Notes: generated by a model from the letters alone, not told the origin. A DNA stretch of 64,000 nucleotides from Eledone cirrhosa (GCA_964016885.1 OZ024740.1:288610001-288674000), one strand, 5' to 3'. Counted from the stretch's first letter, positions 39,402 through 53,660 are shown. A program made the numbers and translations.

Positions 39402-40755
39402 GTAATCTGAGTATACTGTCTTAAAACTATTTTATTTCATTGGAATTTTTAAATTAATAAACTGTTTATTCATTTTTTTAAACAGTTTTATTCAAATGTT
39501 ATTCATTTATAAATTACACATTCTTATGTTGTTGTTTAATTTGTATTCCTTGATATTTTACACTGTTTATTGTTGTGAATGATTGGTTACTAAGTTCAGT
39601 TGATCTGACTCCCCCATTAAAAGGCAGCTTTAAGAATTTTCTCAACTTCATTATTCCGAAAGTGTTGATTTTAAAATTTGGGACCACTTCAATTGGCACC
39701 TTGTTTGATTTGTCCTCCTAACTTAACTTTTAAATGAGCTTCAAAGTTTCTCATCTTTAATCTAAACAGTTTCTTAACCACAATATCTCTCTCTCTCTCT
39801 CTCTCAGCAATAAGTGTCACAAGTGCTATATATATTAAGAATGTAGCAATATACTGTCAGCATGTCTCTTGTCTGTAATTAATTGAATAGATTACTAAGG
39901 AATAAAATAGATAAATTGTTTAAAATGTTAGCAGTATATAAACAAATTAGTAATGGCAAAGTGTGAAAATGTTTTCTTTGTGTGTATTTGTCCATAGGAA
40001 CACCCAGAATGAAAAGCAGTAGTCAGTTTAACTGCTTTTGAAGACTCCACACTAGATATTCTGTTAGGAGTTTAATTTTTTAACCCTTTCATTACCATAT
40101 TTCTAATGAAAGACACAAAATTACCTATAATCTTTAAATATAATTTTGAAAATAAAAAAATTTGAGAGATTTAGTAATATAACTAACAGTCTTTTTGTTA
40201 AGTTGGTGTTTGGAACATAGCTTAACAAAGGTTCTTACATAAAATATAGTTAAATATAATCATTTTAAAATAAACAGCTAAATATCATAAAACCAGGATC
40301 GGTTTCAGGCAGTTTGGTATTAAAAGTATCAACTTTTCTCTTTTGGGGAGCAATGGCCCCTACTCACCAACTACACCAGTATGTCATAGTGGACAAATCA
40401 TTGTGGAAATTTGCAGTATTAAAGAAGAAAAAAATTAATTTCTAATGTGACATAGTGTTGTTTTGTACTTTTCAAGAATGTTTTACTATTGTGGTTCATA
40501 AGTTAAAACAATACAAACCCAGAGTTCTCAGTAACTAACTTGACATGTTATTTCATTCAATGTATTTCAATATTTTCTAACATATTAGATTGTAGCTCCA
40601 CATTATCAACATCAATGAATCAAGAGATACATTGTAATAAGGTTATCTCATTCCATGTTTCTCACTATTTCAGTTGGGTTCCACATATTACTAGAGAGAT
40701 ATATGTCTTGTAGTAGTAATAAATCTATCTTATCCTCTATTTCTCATTATTCCAG

Positions 40756-40854
40756 TTGGGTTATACACCACTTCACCAAGCGGCTCAGCAAGGCCATGTG
40801 ATGGTTATCAACTTGCTTCTCAAAAACAAAGCTTCTCCCAATGCTGTAACTAAT
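40756..40854 (+). CDS. Ankyrin exon, ANK repeat 23
   Basis: ttccag|...AAT|gtaagt, 99 nt, [33 protein letters not shown]. Confidence 0.95.
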
Positions 40855-41189
40855 GTAAGTATGCTGTATTTCTTGTATACCCTCCCTCATGTCACTGTTA
40901 TTATCCTCTGCCCTCTTGTACTCCATGTCACCCTTGCTAGCCTCATCCTGTATTATATACCCTTATGTTGTTGTTGTTGCTACCCTGTTCATGTCACTAT
41001 TACTACTTTCCTCTGTTGTACCCTTCATATTGTCACTGCTAACTTGTATGTTCCTCATATCACTGTGGCTACCCAGCCCTCTGTTGTACTCATATGTTAC
41101 TGAGGCAACCACTTCCCACTACCCTCTGTACTCTCCTTATGGCACTGAGGTTACTACCACTCCACCACCTTCTGTACCTTCTCTACCTT

Positions 41190-42890
41190 CTCTGTGTCAC
41201 TGTTGTAACCACCACCCTCTACACCCTCCTTATGTCTCTCCTGTAACCACCACCCTCTACACCCTCCTTATGTCTCTCCTGTAACTACCACCCTCTACAC
41301 CCTCCTTATGTCACTGTTGTAACCACCACCCTCTACACCCTCCTTATGTCTCTCCTGTAACCACCACCCTCTACACCCTCCTTATGTCTCTCCTGTAACC
41401 ACCACCCTCTACACCCTCCTTATGTCTCTCCTGTAACCACCACCCTCTACTCCCTCCTTATGTCTCTCCTGTAACTACCACCCTCTACACCCTCCTTATG
41501 TCTCTCCTGTAACCACCACCCTCTACACCCTCCTTATGTCTCTCCTGTAACCACCACCCTCTACTCCCTCCTTATGTCTCTCCTGTAACTACCACCCTCT
41601 ACACCCTCCTTATGTCTCTCCTGTAACCACCACCCTCTACACCCTCCTTATGTCTCTCCTGTAACCACCACCCTCTACACCCTCCTTATGTCTCTCCTGT
41701 AACTACCACCCTCTACACCCTCCTTATGTCTCTCCTGTAACCACCACCCTCTACACCCTCCTTATGTCTCTCCTGTAACCACCACCCTCTACTCCCTCCT
41801 TATGTCTCTCCTGTAACTACCACCCTCTACACCCTCCTTATGTCTCTCCTGTAACCACCACCCTCTACACCCTCCTTATGTCTCTCCTGTAACCACCACC
41901 CTCTACACCCTCCTTATGTCTCTCCTGTAACCACCACCCTCTACACCCTCCTTATGTCTCTCCTGTAACCACCACCCTCTACTCCCTCCTTATGTCTCTC
42001 CTGTAACTACCACCCTCTACACCCTCCTTATGTCTCTCCTGTAACCACCACCCTCTACACCCTCCTTATGTCTCTCCTGTAACCACCACCCTCTACACCC
42101 TCCTTATGTCTCTCCTGTAACCACCACCCTCTACACCCTCCTTATGTCTCTCCTGTAACCACCACCCTCTACTCCCTCCTTATGTCTCTCCTGTAACTAC
42201 CACCCTCTACACCCTCCTTATGTCTCTCCTGTAACCACCACCCTCTACACCCTCCTTATGTCTCTCCTGTAACCACCACCCTCTACACCCTCCTTATGTC
42301 TCTCCTGTAACCACCACCCTCTACACCCTCCTTATGTCTCTCCTGTAACCACCACCCTCTACACCCTCCTTATGTCTCTCCTGTAACCACCACCCTCTAC
42401 ACCCTCCTTATGTCTCTCCTGTAACCACCACCCTCTACACCCTCCTTATGTCTCTCCTGTAACCACCACCCTCTACACCCTCCTTATGTCTCTCCTGTAA
42501 CCACCACCCTCTACTCCCTCCTTATGTCACTGTTGTAACCACCACCCTCTACACCCTCCTTATGTCTCTCCTGTAACCACCACCCTCTACACCCTCCTTA
42601 TGTCTCTCCTGTAACCACCACCCTCTACACCCTCCTTATGTCTCTCCTGTAACCACCACCCTCTACACCCTCCTTATGTCTCTCCTGTAACCACCACCCT
42701 CTACACCCTCCTATGTCTCTCCTGTAACCACCACCCTCTACACCCTCCTTACGTCTCTCCTGTAACCACCACCCTCTACTCCCTCCTTATGTCACTGTTG
42801 TAACCACCACCCTCTACACCCTCCTATGTCTCCTGTAACCACCACCCTCTACACCCTCCTTACGTCTCTCCTGTAACCACCACTCTCTGT
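41190..42890. repeat. 38-bp minisatellite, about 45 copies, followed by a related 32-bp unit (about 42925-43060)
   Basis: Unit tatgtctctcctgtaaccaccaccctctacaccctcct. Confidence 0.97.
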
Positions 42891-43546
42891 ACTCTATTTA
42901 TGCCACAGGTGCAACTACCACCTTTTGTACTCTACTTGTCTCTGATGTAACCACCTCTGTACTCTACTTGTCTCTGATGTAACCACCTCTGTACTCTACT
43001 TGTCTCTGATGTAACCACCTCTGTACTCTACTTGTCTCTGATGTAACCACCTCTGTACTCTCCATGTTTCACTGAGGTCACTACCACTCTATGGTATTTG
43101 TTCTGACTATACATTCTGAGTTCAAATCTTGCTATAGCTTATTTGGGTAGCAGACTGAATCCATCAGCTCAGTTAACAGCAGAACCTGTTCCTTGGGTGC
43201 CTTTAGGAAAGTCCAATCTGTTGCAGGCATTCAGGCCAGGTCTTTGGTTTGGGTATACCTTCTACATTCCCTCCTTCTCTAATTTTAGAGGCTGTGGAAA
43301 GAGTCATCCGCACTGGCCTTCTTCCTTCTCTGACTAAACAATTTTTTTAAATCTACTCCATTCCTTTCTCCCACTCCACTCCTTTCACCCATGCAAATAT
43401 ATTCATTCATTCTATACACACATTCTCCCTACATGCCACACCACACACATTATTGTTATCACTACATTTATCATTCAAGTTGTCTCTGAGATTGATTTAA
43501 TTAATCCTTCCCTTTCATTCATTTTAATGCTTTATCATGTTTTCAG

Positions 43547-43718
43547 ACTGGACAAACAGCGTTATCAATTGCTCAACGTTTGGGCTATATTTCGGTGGTT
43601 GATACTCTGAAGTCCCTCACCGAGGTGACGGAAACACTACCTGCGATTGAAGACAAGTACAAAGTTGTTGCCCCAGAAACCATGACCGAGACGATGTTGT
43701 CAGACTCGGAAGACGAAG
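43547..43718 (+). CDS. Ankyrin exon, ANK repeat 24 plus start of linker
   Basis: tttcag|...GAA G|gtatgt, 172 nt (phase 0 to 1), [57 protein letters not shown]. Confidence 0.95.
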
Positions 43719-43877
43719 GTATGTTAACACAGTATTCCTTTCATATATATATGTACTTGAATGTTTGTTATCTATATATTACTTTGTAGATGCTTTACAA
43801 TCGGTGAACTCCCTTGTGAAACATTTGAAACCAATGATTTAATTTATTTGAAGAGCTGTTATATGAATATTAGGATG

Positions 43878-44290
43878 TTCTGTGAATGATATGTATATTA
43901 GACTGTTTCTGTGAATGATATGTATTTGTTAGACTATTTCTGTGAGTGATATGTATCTATTAGACTATTTCTGTGAGTGATATGTATCTATTAGACTGTT
44001 TCTGTGAGTGATATGTATCTATTAGACTATTTCTGTGAGTGATATGTATCTATTAGACTGTTTCTGTGAGTGATATGTATCTATTAGACTGTTTCTGTGA
44101 GTGATATGTATCTATTAGACTATTTCTGTGAGTGATATGTATCTATTAGACTGTTTCTGTGAGTGATATGTATCTATTAGACTGTTTCTGTGAATGATAT
44201 GTAACTGTTAGACAGTTTCTGTAATTGATATGGGACTGTAACACTGTTTCTGTGAATGATATGTGACTGTTAGACTGTTTCTGTGAAGGA
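43878..44290. repeat. 31-bp minisatellite, about 13 copies
   Basis: Unit gact(a/g)tttctgtgagtgatatgtatctatta. Confidence 0.95.
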
Positions 44291-44700
44291 TTTGTAAATC
44301 TTATCCATTGAGTATCTATGCAGTCATATCATGCTCAAATTACATAATGTAATTTTACATTTTCTTCCTTTTCTTCATCCTCATACTATCCACAGTAAGG
44401 GTTTTTAATATATTGTAACAATTCTTCTGTTATTTATTTTCAATATCTCGTTATTACTCTTTCTAGAGAAAAATATTGATATGCATAATAAATTTATTGG
44501 AATCATCATCATCATTTTTATATCTGCCTGTCATGAGTTTGGATGGAATGGTTTGAGACACTATTTTGCAGCCAGTTGTTCTTTCCTGACACCAACCCTT
44601 TTAATTACATCTTATGACATGCAGGGATACAGTGTATGCATTCGAAAGACCAGAATATGCAAGAAATTTTCAAACTCACTTTTAGTTACTTTACTGACTT

Positions 44701-45346
44701 CAGAAAGCTTTTAATAGGGTTCCCCACTCCATAATCTGGTAGGCTCTTAGGAAATTAGGGATAGATGAGTGCCTTTGAAACAAACCATGTACAGAGGTGC
44801 AATCAGTAAAGAAACTTTACAACTTTACAATGAGTACATTGAGGAATTTAGCATGGAGGTGGGTGTTCACTAGGGCTCTGTCTTCAGCCAACTCTTGTTT
44901 ATTATTGTCCACCAGTCCATACCAGAAGAGTCTAAAACTGGCTGCTCATGAGAACTCATATGCTGATGATCTAGTCATCATAGATAAATCTGCTGCACAA
45001 TTAGGGAGGAAAGTCTAGATTTTGAAACAAAACTTAGAATTCGTAGTTATAAAAATCAGGTTGGCAAAGACTAAGTAAAAAAAAGAAAAGAGCCCTTATT
45101 TCTTCACCATGCCCAGTATGTAGGAAAGGAGTTGGTAGAAATACCATCTGCTGTAGTGAGATCTCAAGCAAGCCAGCTCAGTTGGGGTTAAGAACAGCAT
45201 CCAACAGAAACTATACTAAAACTAAACTAAAAGTATGAGCTAGTTGTGACCAGGCCACCTAACCAGTCTACTCATAAAATATGATGACCTGTTTAACCCA
45301 TGCAAGCAGGAGGGAATAGATGTTAATGATGATGATGATGATGATG
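44701..45346 (+). pseudogene. Decayed, internally deleted relative of the RTE LINE at 1279-3722
   Basis: Remnants of KAFDRVP..IIW.ALRKLG.DE, YADDL, CPVCRKGVGRN, then 3' UTR and (GAT)n tail; many frameshifts. Confidence 0.8.
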
Positions 45347-46359
45347 GTATATATACTAATCAGAAAATATTTGATTTTTAGATTCAACATTGATGTTTTA
45401 TGCTAATACAACCAATTCATTTATTTCAGGCTTTTTTTTTTGTTTTGTTTTTTAAATAAATTTTCACATAGGGTTAAATTCATTCATCAAGATTTTTAAC
45501 TCTCTAAAAAAGATGAGTTTAGAAGAAAAAATAACAAAACAGTGTATATTCATCAGTTTGTGACCATTATTGACAAATATCACTAATATCACTAATGGTT
45601 TATGGTTCATGCTGTGTATACATATATCAACTCTCTTTTAACATTGCTAAATGTCTTTACCTATTTGGCTATTTCCTCATACTGGATCTGAATTTCTGTC
45701 TAATTGCTCTTTTATATCCCTAAATAGAATTCGCCAAAGTACTACAGGTTCTACTAATATAAAACTAACCTTCCTCTTCATTTTTCTCTTATAACTTAAT
45801 AAATAATGCAACTATAATCTAATGAAATAATACAACTATAATCTAATGAATAGTATTCTGTTAACTATTTATTTACTTTCTTATAATTTAATGTCCCTTT
45901 AATAACATTCAAACTGACTTAGTTTGTTTCCTGAAGAATTTTCAGAAATATTTATTGCTTTAAATCTTTTTTCCATTTGGGAACACATGAGGCCTAGATT
46001 CACTCAATCATACCTTCAACATGCTTCTAGACAGATTAGTTTCAAAGCTTCTGTAGTGGTTGTATGTGAAAGAACAGCTTTTGTTACATGTAGTGTAAAT
46101 TCTAGATTGCATAGCACATGTACTATCATGGTCATCTCTGACTAAACTTCAACTGCATTGTTAGTGTCTAGTCCTTGTTCATTTCCATTGCTCAGTTGGC
46201 AAGGGAAATAATTGCCATTTAATCATGAGACGGCAACCCTCTTAGTTTGCAGCATATCTTGTTTCTGTCTCTCACACGTAGCCCATAATCAACGCTCGTT
46301 ATACGCCTTTAAGTTTAGTATTATGCCACCTCAGATGTTTCTCTTTAATGCTGCCTTAG

Positions 46360-46455
46360 GGGACGATCTCATGCCTCAATCACCTGTGTTTGGAAAACCC
46401 TTGTCAGAGCAACATGTCTATTTGCCTTATTACGATGGACAAACTCTCCATATGC
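46360..46455 (+). CDS. Candidate ankyrin linker exon (96 nt, phase 1-1 cassette)
   Basis: gccttag|GG GAC GAT...ATG C|gtaagt; (G)DDLMPQSPVFGKPLSEQHVYLPYYDGQTLHM; phase fits the previous exon. Confidence 0.75.
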
Positions 46456-49287
46456 GTAAGTGCTCGTATACCTGGTCTGCCTCCGCATGGATCTCTACAG
46501 CTACCTGCATGAAAACTATCACCGTTTCACTTGTTTTCCTTCAGTCATATTTATTTATTTATTATTACCGTTATTTTTGTTACTTCAGCTTCAACATGCA
46601 AGTTGACCAATTTTTATATGCATGACCCCTTATACCATTACCATTTACCAAATAAGCAGTGATTCTGCAACAGGCTTGTTGTGTCTTTAGCTGCAACGCA
46701 TAAGTGTGCTTATTGCCTATTCAAGAATTTAATTGCTGCCTCTATAAATATAGCGTATCTAACTAGCTTTGTGCAGGCAACAGTTCCTATTATAACAATT
46801 ATAGCTACATTTTTCTATATGCTATTAAATATTTATTATTTAAGCTAACATAAAAACTTAAGCCATTATCAGCCAGCTCGATTTCTAAATGCTAAACAAA
46901 CATAATGTGTCTGTGACACTCTCCATAACTGAAACATAGGTTGATATTGGATTTATTTTTCATTTTTCTTATTTTCCGTTTTGATTTTTTGATTTATTTA
47001 TTTATTTATTTATTTATTAAACTTAAATTGTTTCTTAGATAGGATAATCAAATAATTCAGAAGTAAAATAAAATCCTAGGTCAAATATGATATATTGGAT
47101 ATATTGCCGAGCTGACATATACACACACATACATATATGTTAAGTGTGTAATTACAGTTACAGGCAGTGTGCCGTTCAAAGCACTCACAATGCTGTTACA
47201 AGGTCCGTCACGTCTTGGGTTGTAGTGTGCAGAGTGTAAATAAAGTAGAATTGAAGTCACTGTTGCAGCATATATATATAAACTTTATTGGCATATTACA
47301 GTTGTTTCAATATCAATCAGTTCAGGGTATAATCATAATGACCGGCCCGACCCTTCCTTCATATCTTCTCAGATATGCAAGTTTATATGCGCAAAGACAC
47401 ACACACACACACACACACACACACATTACCACAATGGAACATAATTCAGCAGATTTGTGGGGAGAAGTCATTGATACTAACAGCACTTAGCTTTTAGTGA
47501 AGACCTGTGTATATATATTGTACTGCTAGAACTTGAGCAGTAAGGGCTAATCCTTTCCATGCATTTTTGATCAGTTATCTCTATACCATAGGTTTACTCA
47601 GCCATAAAACACTTTGACAACAGCTAAAACAACATCAAAATTTTACCAAACTCTGCACTACAGAAACTAGTAGATAAAAAGGTCTACATCCATTGGACAT
47701 CAGATGTCATATTTTATATAGTAAGATTAAACAAATTGAACTCCCCATCTACAAGCTAAATTAGATTACAAACTCTTAGTGAGATTAGAAACCACTTCAA
47801 AAGAGTCATGTATATCTACTGTTTCACATGAAATATTTAAGATGTTCTGTATTAGCTGCAATGTTTTCTGACTTTCCAATAATCTGCTGATCTCTTGTTA
47901 TTCCCTTCCAGTTAATTAATGGGGTGGTTGGATTTGTTGGGGGCTAGGGTTCTTTGTTTATTTTTCTGTATTTTTGTTGTTTTAATTGGTTTGATACCTT
48001 TTAATAAACCTCTAGAAGTACTCAAAATAATACACTCATAAAATTACATGCCCACTCATACTCAACACCATCACATTCAACACTATCAGACTCAACTCCA
48101 TGACATTCAACACTATCACACTTGTTACAGAATCATGCTGAGGAAATTTGTTGTACAAAAAACAACATTTTCGTATCTCATTAAATATTCATCATTCCCA
48201 TCACAAATTTACCATGATGTGATCCTCAGCTGTAAAGAGGTAATCAGACAGTAAACTTCCTCTCTTTTTTCTGGTTTGACCACAACCACGGTCATCTAGC
48301 AACTGCTAGTTTTCTCTGGTGAATTTGGGCCAAAGACACAGAGGCACAGGTAGCCAGTCACATCTCTATAACTTTCACACATCACTAGCTTGTCTCTCTT
48401 TCATGTTTATATTTTTAAAACATATCACTATTCACAGAGTTTATTCTTCACATCATAACATCTTCACACAGACATCACGTAGAGTACAAACTTTGCTTAT
48501 CTCCACTCATTATTATTATATTTCTGTAACACAATCACCTTATAGTTCGTTACATTGTTGATTCGACTTATAATTATTCTTCTGGTAACACAAATCATTC
48601 CAGAGATTTGAACGGTTTCAAATGTAAAATTAACAAATAAATAATTTTTACCCAATTGATACCTTCATTTTTTCTCTTCAATTTTCGTCAATATCTAAAT
48701 TGAATTGGTATGAAAAAGAATTTGCTGAGGACTTAAAATGTGTTCACACACGTACATACATCATACTCAACATATGCATGCATACACACACACACCATAC
48801 TCAACAGGCACACCCAGACTATCAGAAAATTATCAAGTGTGCATCGGTTATTGGCATGACCCAGTCATGTTAACGTTCTTTGACACCAGTTCCATGCATT
48901 GATACTGCACTGGTATTGCACAATTGGCTGCACACCAGGAATGGCAGCGTTCCAATCAAAACCTGTTTTGTTTTTTTTTCATAATTTGAGAATGTTTACA
49001 TCTTTTTTTTTCTTTTTCTTAGCATTTTTCATTTCTCTGACTCCCCCATCCCTCAACCTCATTCTGATATGTTTATTTATTGTTTTGTTCAGTTATTTAT
49101 TTACTTTAATATTTTCACCAATTTGTCTTATTTTTTTAATCATTAAGTCATGGAGAAAAAAACATATAAAATAAAGAATGGTATTATCTGGCAAATTGAT
49201 CAAAATAAGTGAATCGTGCTTTCAATCTATTACTTTCTCTCTCACACACTCTCTCCCCCTCTCCTCATGTGTTTTCTTTTTTTTATA

Positions 49288-49445
49288 CAGTGAAATTCCA
49301 TTATAATGAAATTCACAGGGTATAACAAAAATTGTATAACGAAAAATTCTTTATAACGAGATCAACCTAAACAATTGGGGATTGAAAAAATGTTGTTATA
49401 CTGAAAAATTTGTTATAATGGTATACGCTATAATGGAATTTTACT
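49288..49445. mobile_element. Tigger/pogo-like MITE
   Basis: ta|cagtgaaattccattataa ... ctataatggaattttact terminal inverted repeats, with internal ttataac repeats. Confidence 0.6.
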
Positions 49446-50787
49446 CCTCTAACTTCCGAATAAATGTGCTTGGAAAAAGCTTCTTTTATTTTTGCCATTG
49501 TCATAATCATCAACTCACTCCTGAAAAAAAAATTAAGAAAATGAAAAAAAGATGAATGATCATGATAATGAGCAGCATGGTAGAAAATGTTTGTTTTACT
49601 GTTGGTGAAATACTGAATGTCTAACAAGTTCACTGCCACTCCTTACCTCCACTGGTTTATTTTTTTGCCTTATTACAACACTGCTTCCTTACTGGTCAGC
49701 CACACCTCTTTGTGTATGGTGGTGTTATTGTCCAGATTGCTGAAAATACACTGACCACTATGTGTAAGTGAGACAGACAGATAGATAGAGAGAGAGAGAG
49801 ATAAATTATGCAGATTATTTGATGGCCTCAATGAAGCAGTGAAGGTTGGGATGCAGATGTTTTATTCATTAACCCTTTAGCATTTACATTACTCTATATA
49901 TACTATTGTATTTTTGTGGCATAGGCTTTACCTCACATAATATCTTATATAATATCAAATCTATGAGATTTTGATATTTTGAGAACAATACCTTAACGTC
50001 AGTATGAGTGGCCAGTTACGGCCAATTTGAACAGAAAGCGGTGAGAGAGTTCTGGCCAGATACAGCTGGTTTAAATGTTAAAGGGTTATAAAAGGAGATA
50101 GAAATGAAGAAATGATTAAATACAAGAGGGAAACATAATTAAAGACAGAACTAGTTAATATAATAATAGGAATGAACTTATTTGATTACCTTGTAACTAC
50201 AATGAGAAACATTTTGTGATGAACAAAAGGCTAGATTAGTGTAGATAGTGATTGAGTGTCAACTATCTAAATCTACAACCAATTTTTTATTTTCTACTAT
50301 TTGCAAATGAGCAACTTTTAGTTTATTCTTGTCTCAGTACCAAGTGAGTATATATCACCAATGATGGATACAAATCCAGTCTGATATTTCTCACTAGCTA
50401 CTGAGATAGTTGTGACCATGCCACAGCTTGACATTTGTACATTATTCTATGTACTACACATGCACCTTTGATGAGTTGTAATGCACCTGAGCACTGTACA
50501 CAATAATTTCATTATTATTATAGTCAGACATTGTACATAAACATATTGTATATGCCTTTATATAGACCCCTATTATATATATTGTTAGTACTGTGGTGGT
50601 TCCTCTTATGAGGATTGGAGATGTTAAACTAGGAATAAAGTGGTGTAATAGTTTAATTAAAAAGTTTAGTTAGTAGTGGTGATAGTAGTAGTAAAGCTAT
50701 GGTAAGCTGAAAAGAGTCTGTTGATAGTTGTGTATGTGGTGATAGATGGATTGTATCTCTTATACTATTGCTATATAGTATAGGTAG

Positions 50788-51530
50788 TGTAACGGAATAT
50801 TATGTGTGGTTGTAACGATAAGTGGATGGATGGATGTAACTGTTGGTATGGTCGTTTCGATGTAAAGAAAAATACCAGGATTGTGTTGTTACAAAGTTTA
50901 TTTTATTATAACAATATTCAATTTGAATATTGAATGATAAAATCAATAACACAAAATATTCATACAATAATTTGGTGGCTCTTCGAGCCACGTAAATTCA
51001 AGTATCACAGAATACGATTATAATATAATTTGTACTGTATCAGAAAGGTACAATATGTGTAAACAGAAATGGTGCATGTAAAAATACTGAACTCACTATG
51101 AATGCATGTGTGCGTATCAGTATATTTACTTATTTGTATTGCAGGAGTCAGCGATCAGCCAGGAAGGTGAGAATAAGTGGCAGACTGGTTTTTCGTGACG
51201 AGAGCTTATAAATGCGACTTGTCTTGTCTGTATATCACTTCTTTTCTGTCGGGGCGTAAACAACCCCTGTATTTATAAGAGTTGAAGTTAGAAGGATAGA
51301 TATATCCTCTGAACTTTGGTTAGTTCCCAAGGGATTAGTTTGCCAAGTGTAAACAAGTCAGAAAGATGGATATATCCTCTGACCTATTTTCTGTCAGGCA
51401 TAAACACCTCTGACCTGTGTTTAGCCTCTCCCAAGGGGTTAGTCTCTTGAGCGTAAACAAGTTACCATGGCTTGTCCCAGAGGCGGGAAAGCTCAGATTC
51501 GGTTTTGAATCTTCGCTTGAATCCGTTATA
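50788..51530 (-). mobile_element. Solo LTR (743 bp), 4-bp TSD, Gypsy-like
   Basis: gtag|TGTAACGGA...TCCGTTATA|gtag; internal duplications at 51250-51465; minus-strand AATAAA near 50900. Confidence 0.7.
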
Positions 51531-52559
51531 GTAGTACCAGTTGTAGTGTGGTAGTGGTTGTAATTATGGATGTCAAAGAAAGGTGAGAGAGAGAAGGAAT
51601 ATGACTATGTGTCTGCCGTTTTACCCTCCTCACCTCCAACCCCATTCCACTGTCCACTGCAGCCTTTCCAATCTGTATTCCAGTTATTTTTCAGCCAAAA
51701 CAGCATCGTTTTACACACAGCAACATCTATTTTTTTTTTTTTTTTGCTTGTGTTTGCTATGTTATTTTTATTATAATCATCATCATCCATACAGATCCAT
51801 AGTCATCACCAAATTCATTTTCTGATTTCTTCTTTTGGTTCTGTTCTGATATGAACATGTTTGTTTATTTTGTTTAAATTATAAACCCATTTTAAAATTT
51901 GACAAGTTTAAAGTAAAAATAGAAAGCTGCAGATTAAAAGAAAGAAAAAACAAGAATTATCAGACTTTTTGAATCAGAACAGATTATAAGATCATTCTTT
52001 TAAGATATTTTCTTCTATATTTTGTCAGCAATAGACATAAACTTAGTGCAAATGAAAATGGTAATGGTGATGATAATAATAACAACAAGGGTTAATAATA
52101 ATAATAATAATTATGATATATTTCAAACTGGTTCCTATATATATAAAAGGGCAGATGAACTCCTCAGTCAACGACCATCCACCCCAATTATGGGTTAAAT
52201 AGCCTCACCAACACACAACTGGACAAGTGTGGTGAGTAGAGCTACACTCCTGACATAACCAAATGGAAAGCAGTGGAGGTCAACGAGGGAGGGGTTCCTC
52301 CAACTGGAGTGAGAAGGCCCTGAATAGGATAGGATATGTGTGTGTGTCTGCCTGTGTCTATATGTATCTTTGTGTTTATGACCTATAACTTAGCAGTTCA
52401 ACAAAAAAGAGATGGATGAAATAAGTCCCAGACTTGAAAAAATAAATATTGAGGTCAAATCAAAGTGCTGCTCAGCATAGCCACAGTCAAATGACTAAAA
52501 CCAATAAAAGGGTATGTTTGTGTACAAAAAGTAAATAGAAACAACAAAGTAAACAATAC

Positions 52560-52738
52560 AGTACAATGAAGATATATATTAGTTTAATGCTTGATATAGT
52601 ATGAAAGGAATCTTAAGGTTTTGGACACTAGTCTTTCATCAGAAATTAGAATGAGAAATAAAAGAAGAAATAGAAAGTTAGAGAGTGAAAAGAAGGAACG
52701 GAAAAAGATTTTTGAAAAAAAAAACCTGTGTTGAGTAT

Positions 52739-52786
<48 letters not shown>

Positions 52787-52876
52787 ATACTCAACACAGG
52801 TTTTTTTTTTCAAAAATCTTTTTCCGTTCCTTCTTTTCACTCTCTAACTTTCTATTTCTTCTTTTATTTCTCATTC

Positions 52877-52881
<5 letters not shown>
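52560..52881. repeat. Perfect palindrome centred on (TA)n (100-bp arms) next to a decayed minus-strand hammerhead core
   Basis: ORF track gives identical proteins for 52646-52840(-) and 52685-52879(+); minus strand CTGATGA-aaGAC-tagt-GTCc-AAAA-CCTTAAG at about 52611-52642. Confidence 0.85.
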
Positions 52882-52941
<60 letters not shown>

Positions 52942-53168
52942 TATACTTTTGTAAACGGTTTGAAAAAATTCAAAATTTATTTATAATGGTTAAAATATTT
53001 TGCCTTTGTAAGCCAAATATTGCAATTCCTATATACACTCAAGCATATGTTTCTTTTGAGTACCTTTTTTACTTTTGGTTTGTACAAAACCTATAAGCCT
53101 GTGTGCGTGTGTGTGTATATATATATATATATGAAGAACGTATGTTTAGAAAGTGGCGAGTGGAATTT

Positions 53169-53319
53169 GAAAACTGAATTAGAAGACTTCGCCGTAACTT
53201 TGACTAAATAATAACAGGCTGTATAAACCTACTGAACATTCAGTGGGTTTATACACCCTGTTATTATTAGACTATTTTATTTAGTCAAAGTTACGACAAA
53301 GTCTTCTAATTCAGTTTTC
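53169..53319. repeat. Foldback hairpin, arms about 70 bp, 2-nt loop
   Basis: gaaaactgaattagaagactt...ctactgaa-ca-ttcagtgg...aagtcttctaattcagttttc. Confidence 0.9.
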
Positions 53320-53660
53320 GTGTGTAAAGTCTGTATGAATCACTTCTCAGAGTTTTTTGTACCTGTTCCTCAATCACCTTGAAAACGGATGATAAATTCT
53401 AAATACCAGCTCAGCTTTTCAATTGTTAAGTACCTTTTTTTTTCACTTCTTGCTATTCACATTAATCATTTATATATATATGTGCAAAGTTAAACACATA
53501 TTCTCTTTTGTTTTCTACAGAAAAATCCCACAGTATTTATTATATTATCACTAATCTTGTCTTTGCTTCTCTTGCACAATTACTCTTTTTTTTATATAAG
53601 AACTGCTGTGATATCAAGTTTCTTTGTTACTAAATGTGATTTCCTTATCTCTTATTGCAG

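Noticed and set aside
41190-42890. CRISPR-like regular array
   Set aside because: Units are contiguous with no unique spacers, there are no cas genes, and the context is a eukaryotic intron.
48890-48912. 23-nt microexon (caccag|...CTG|gtattg)
   Set aside because: Weak pyrimidine tract and donor, with no homology support.
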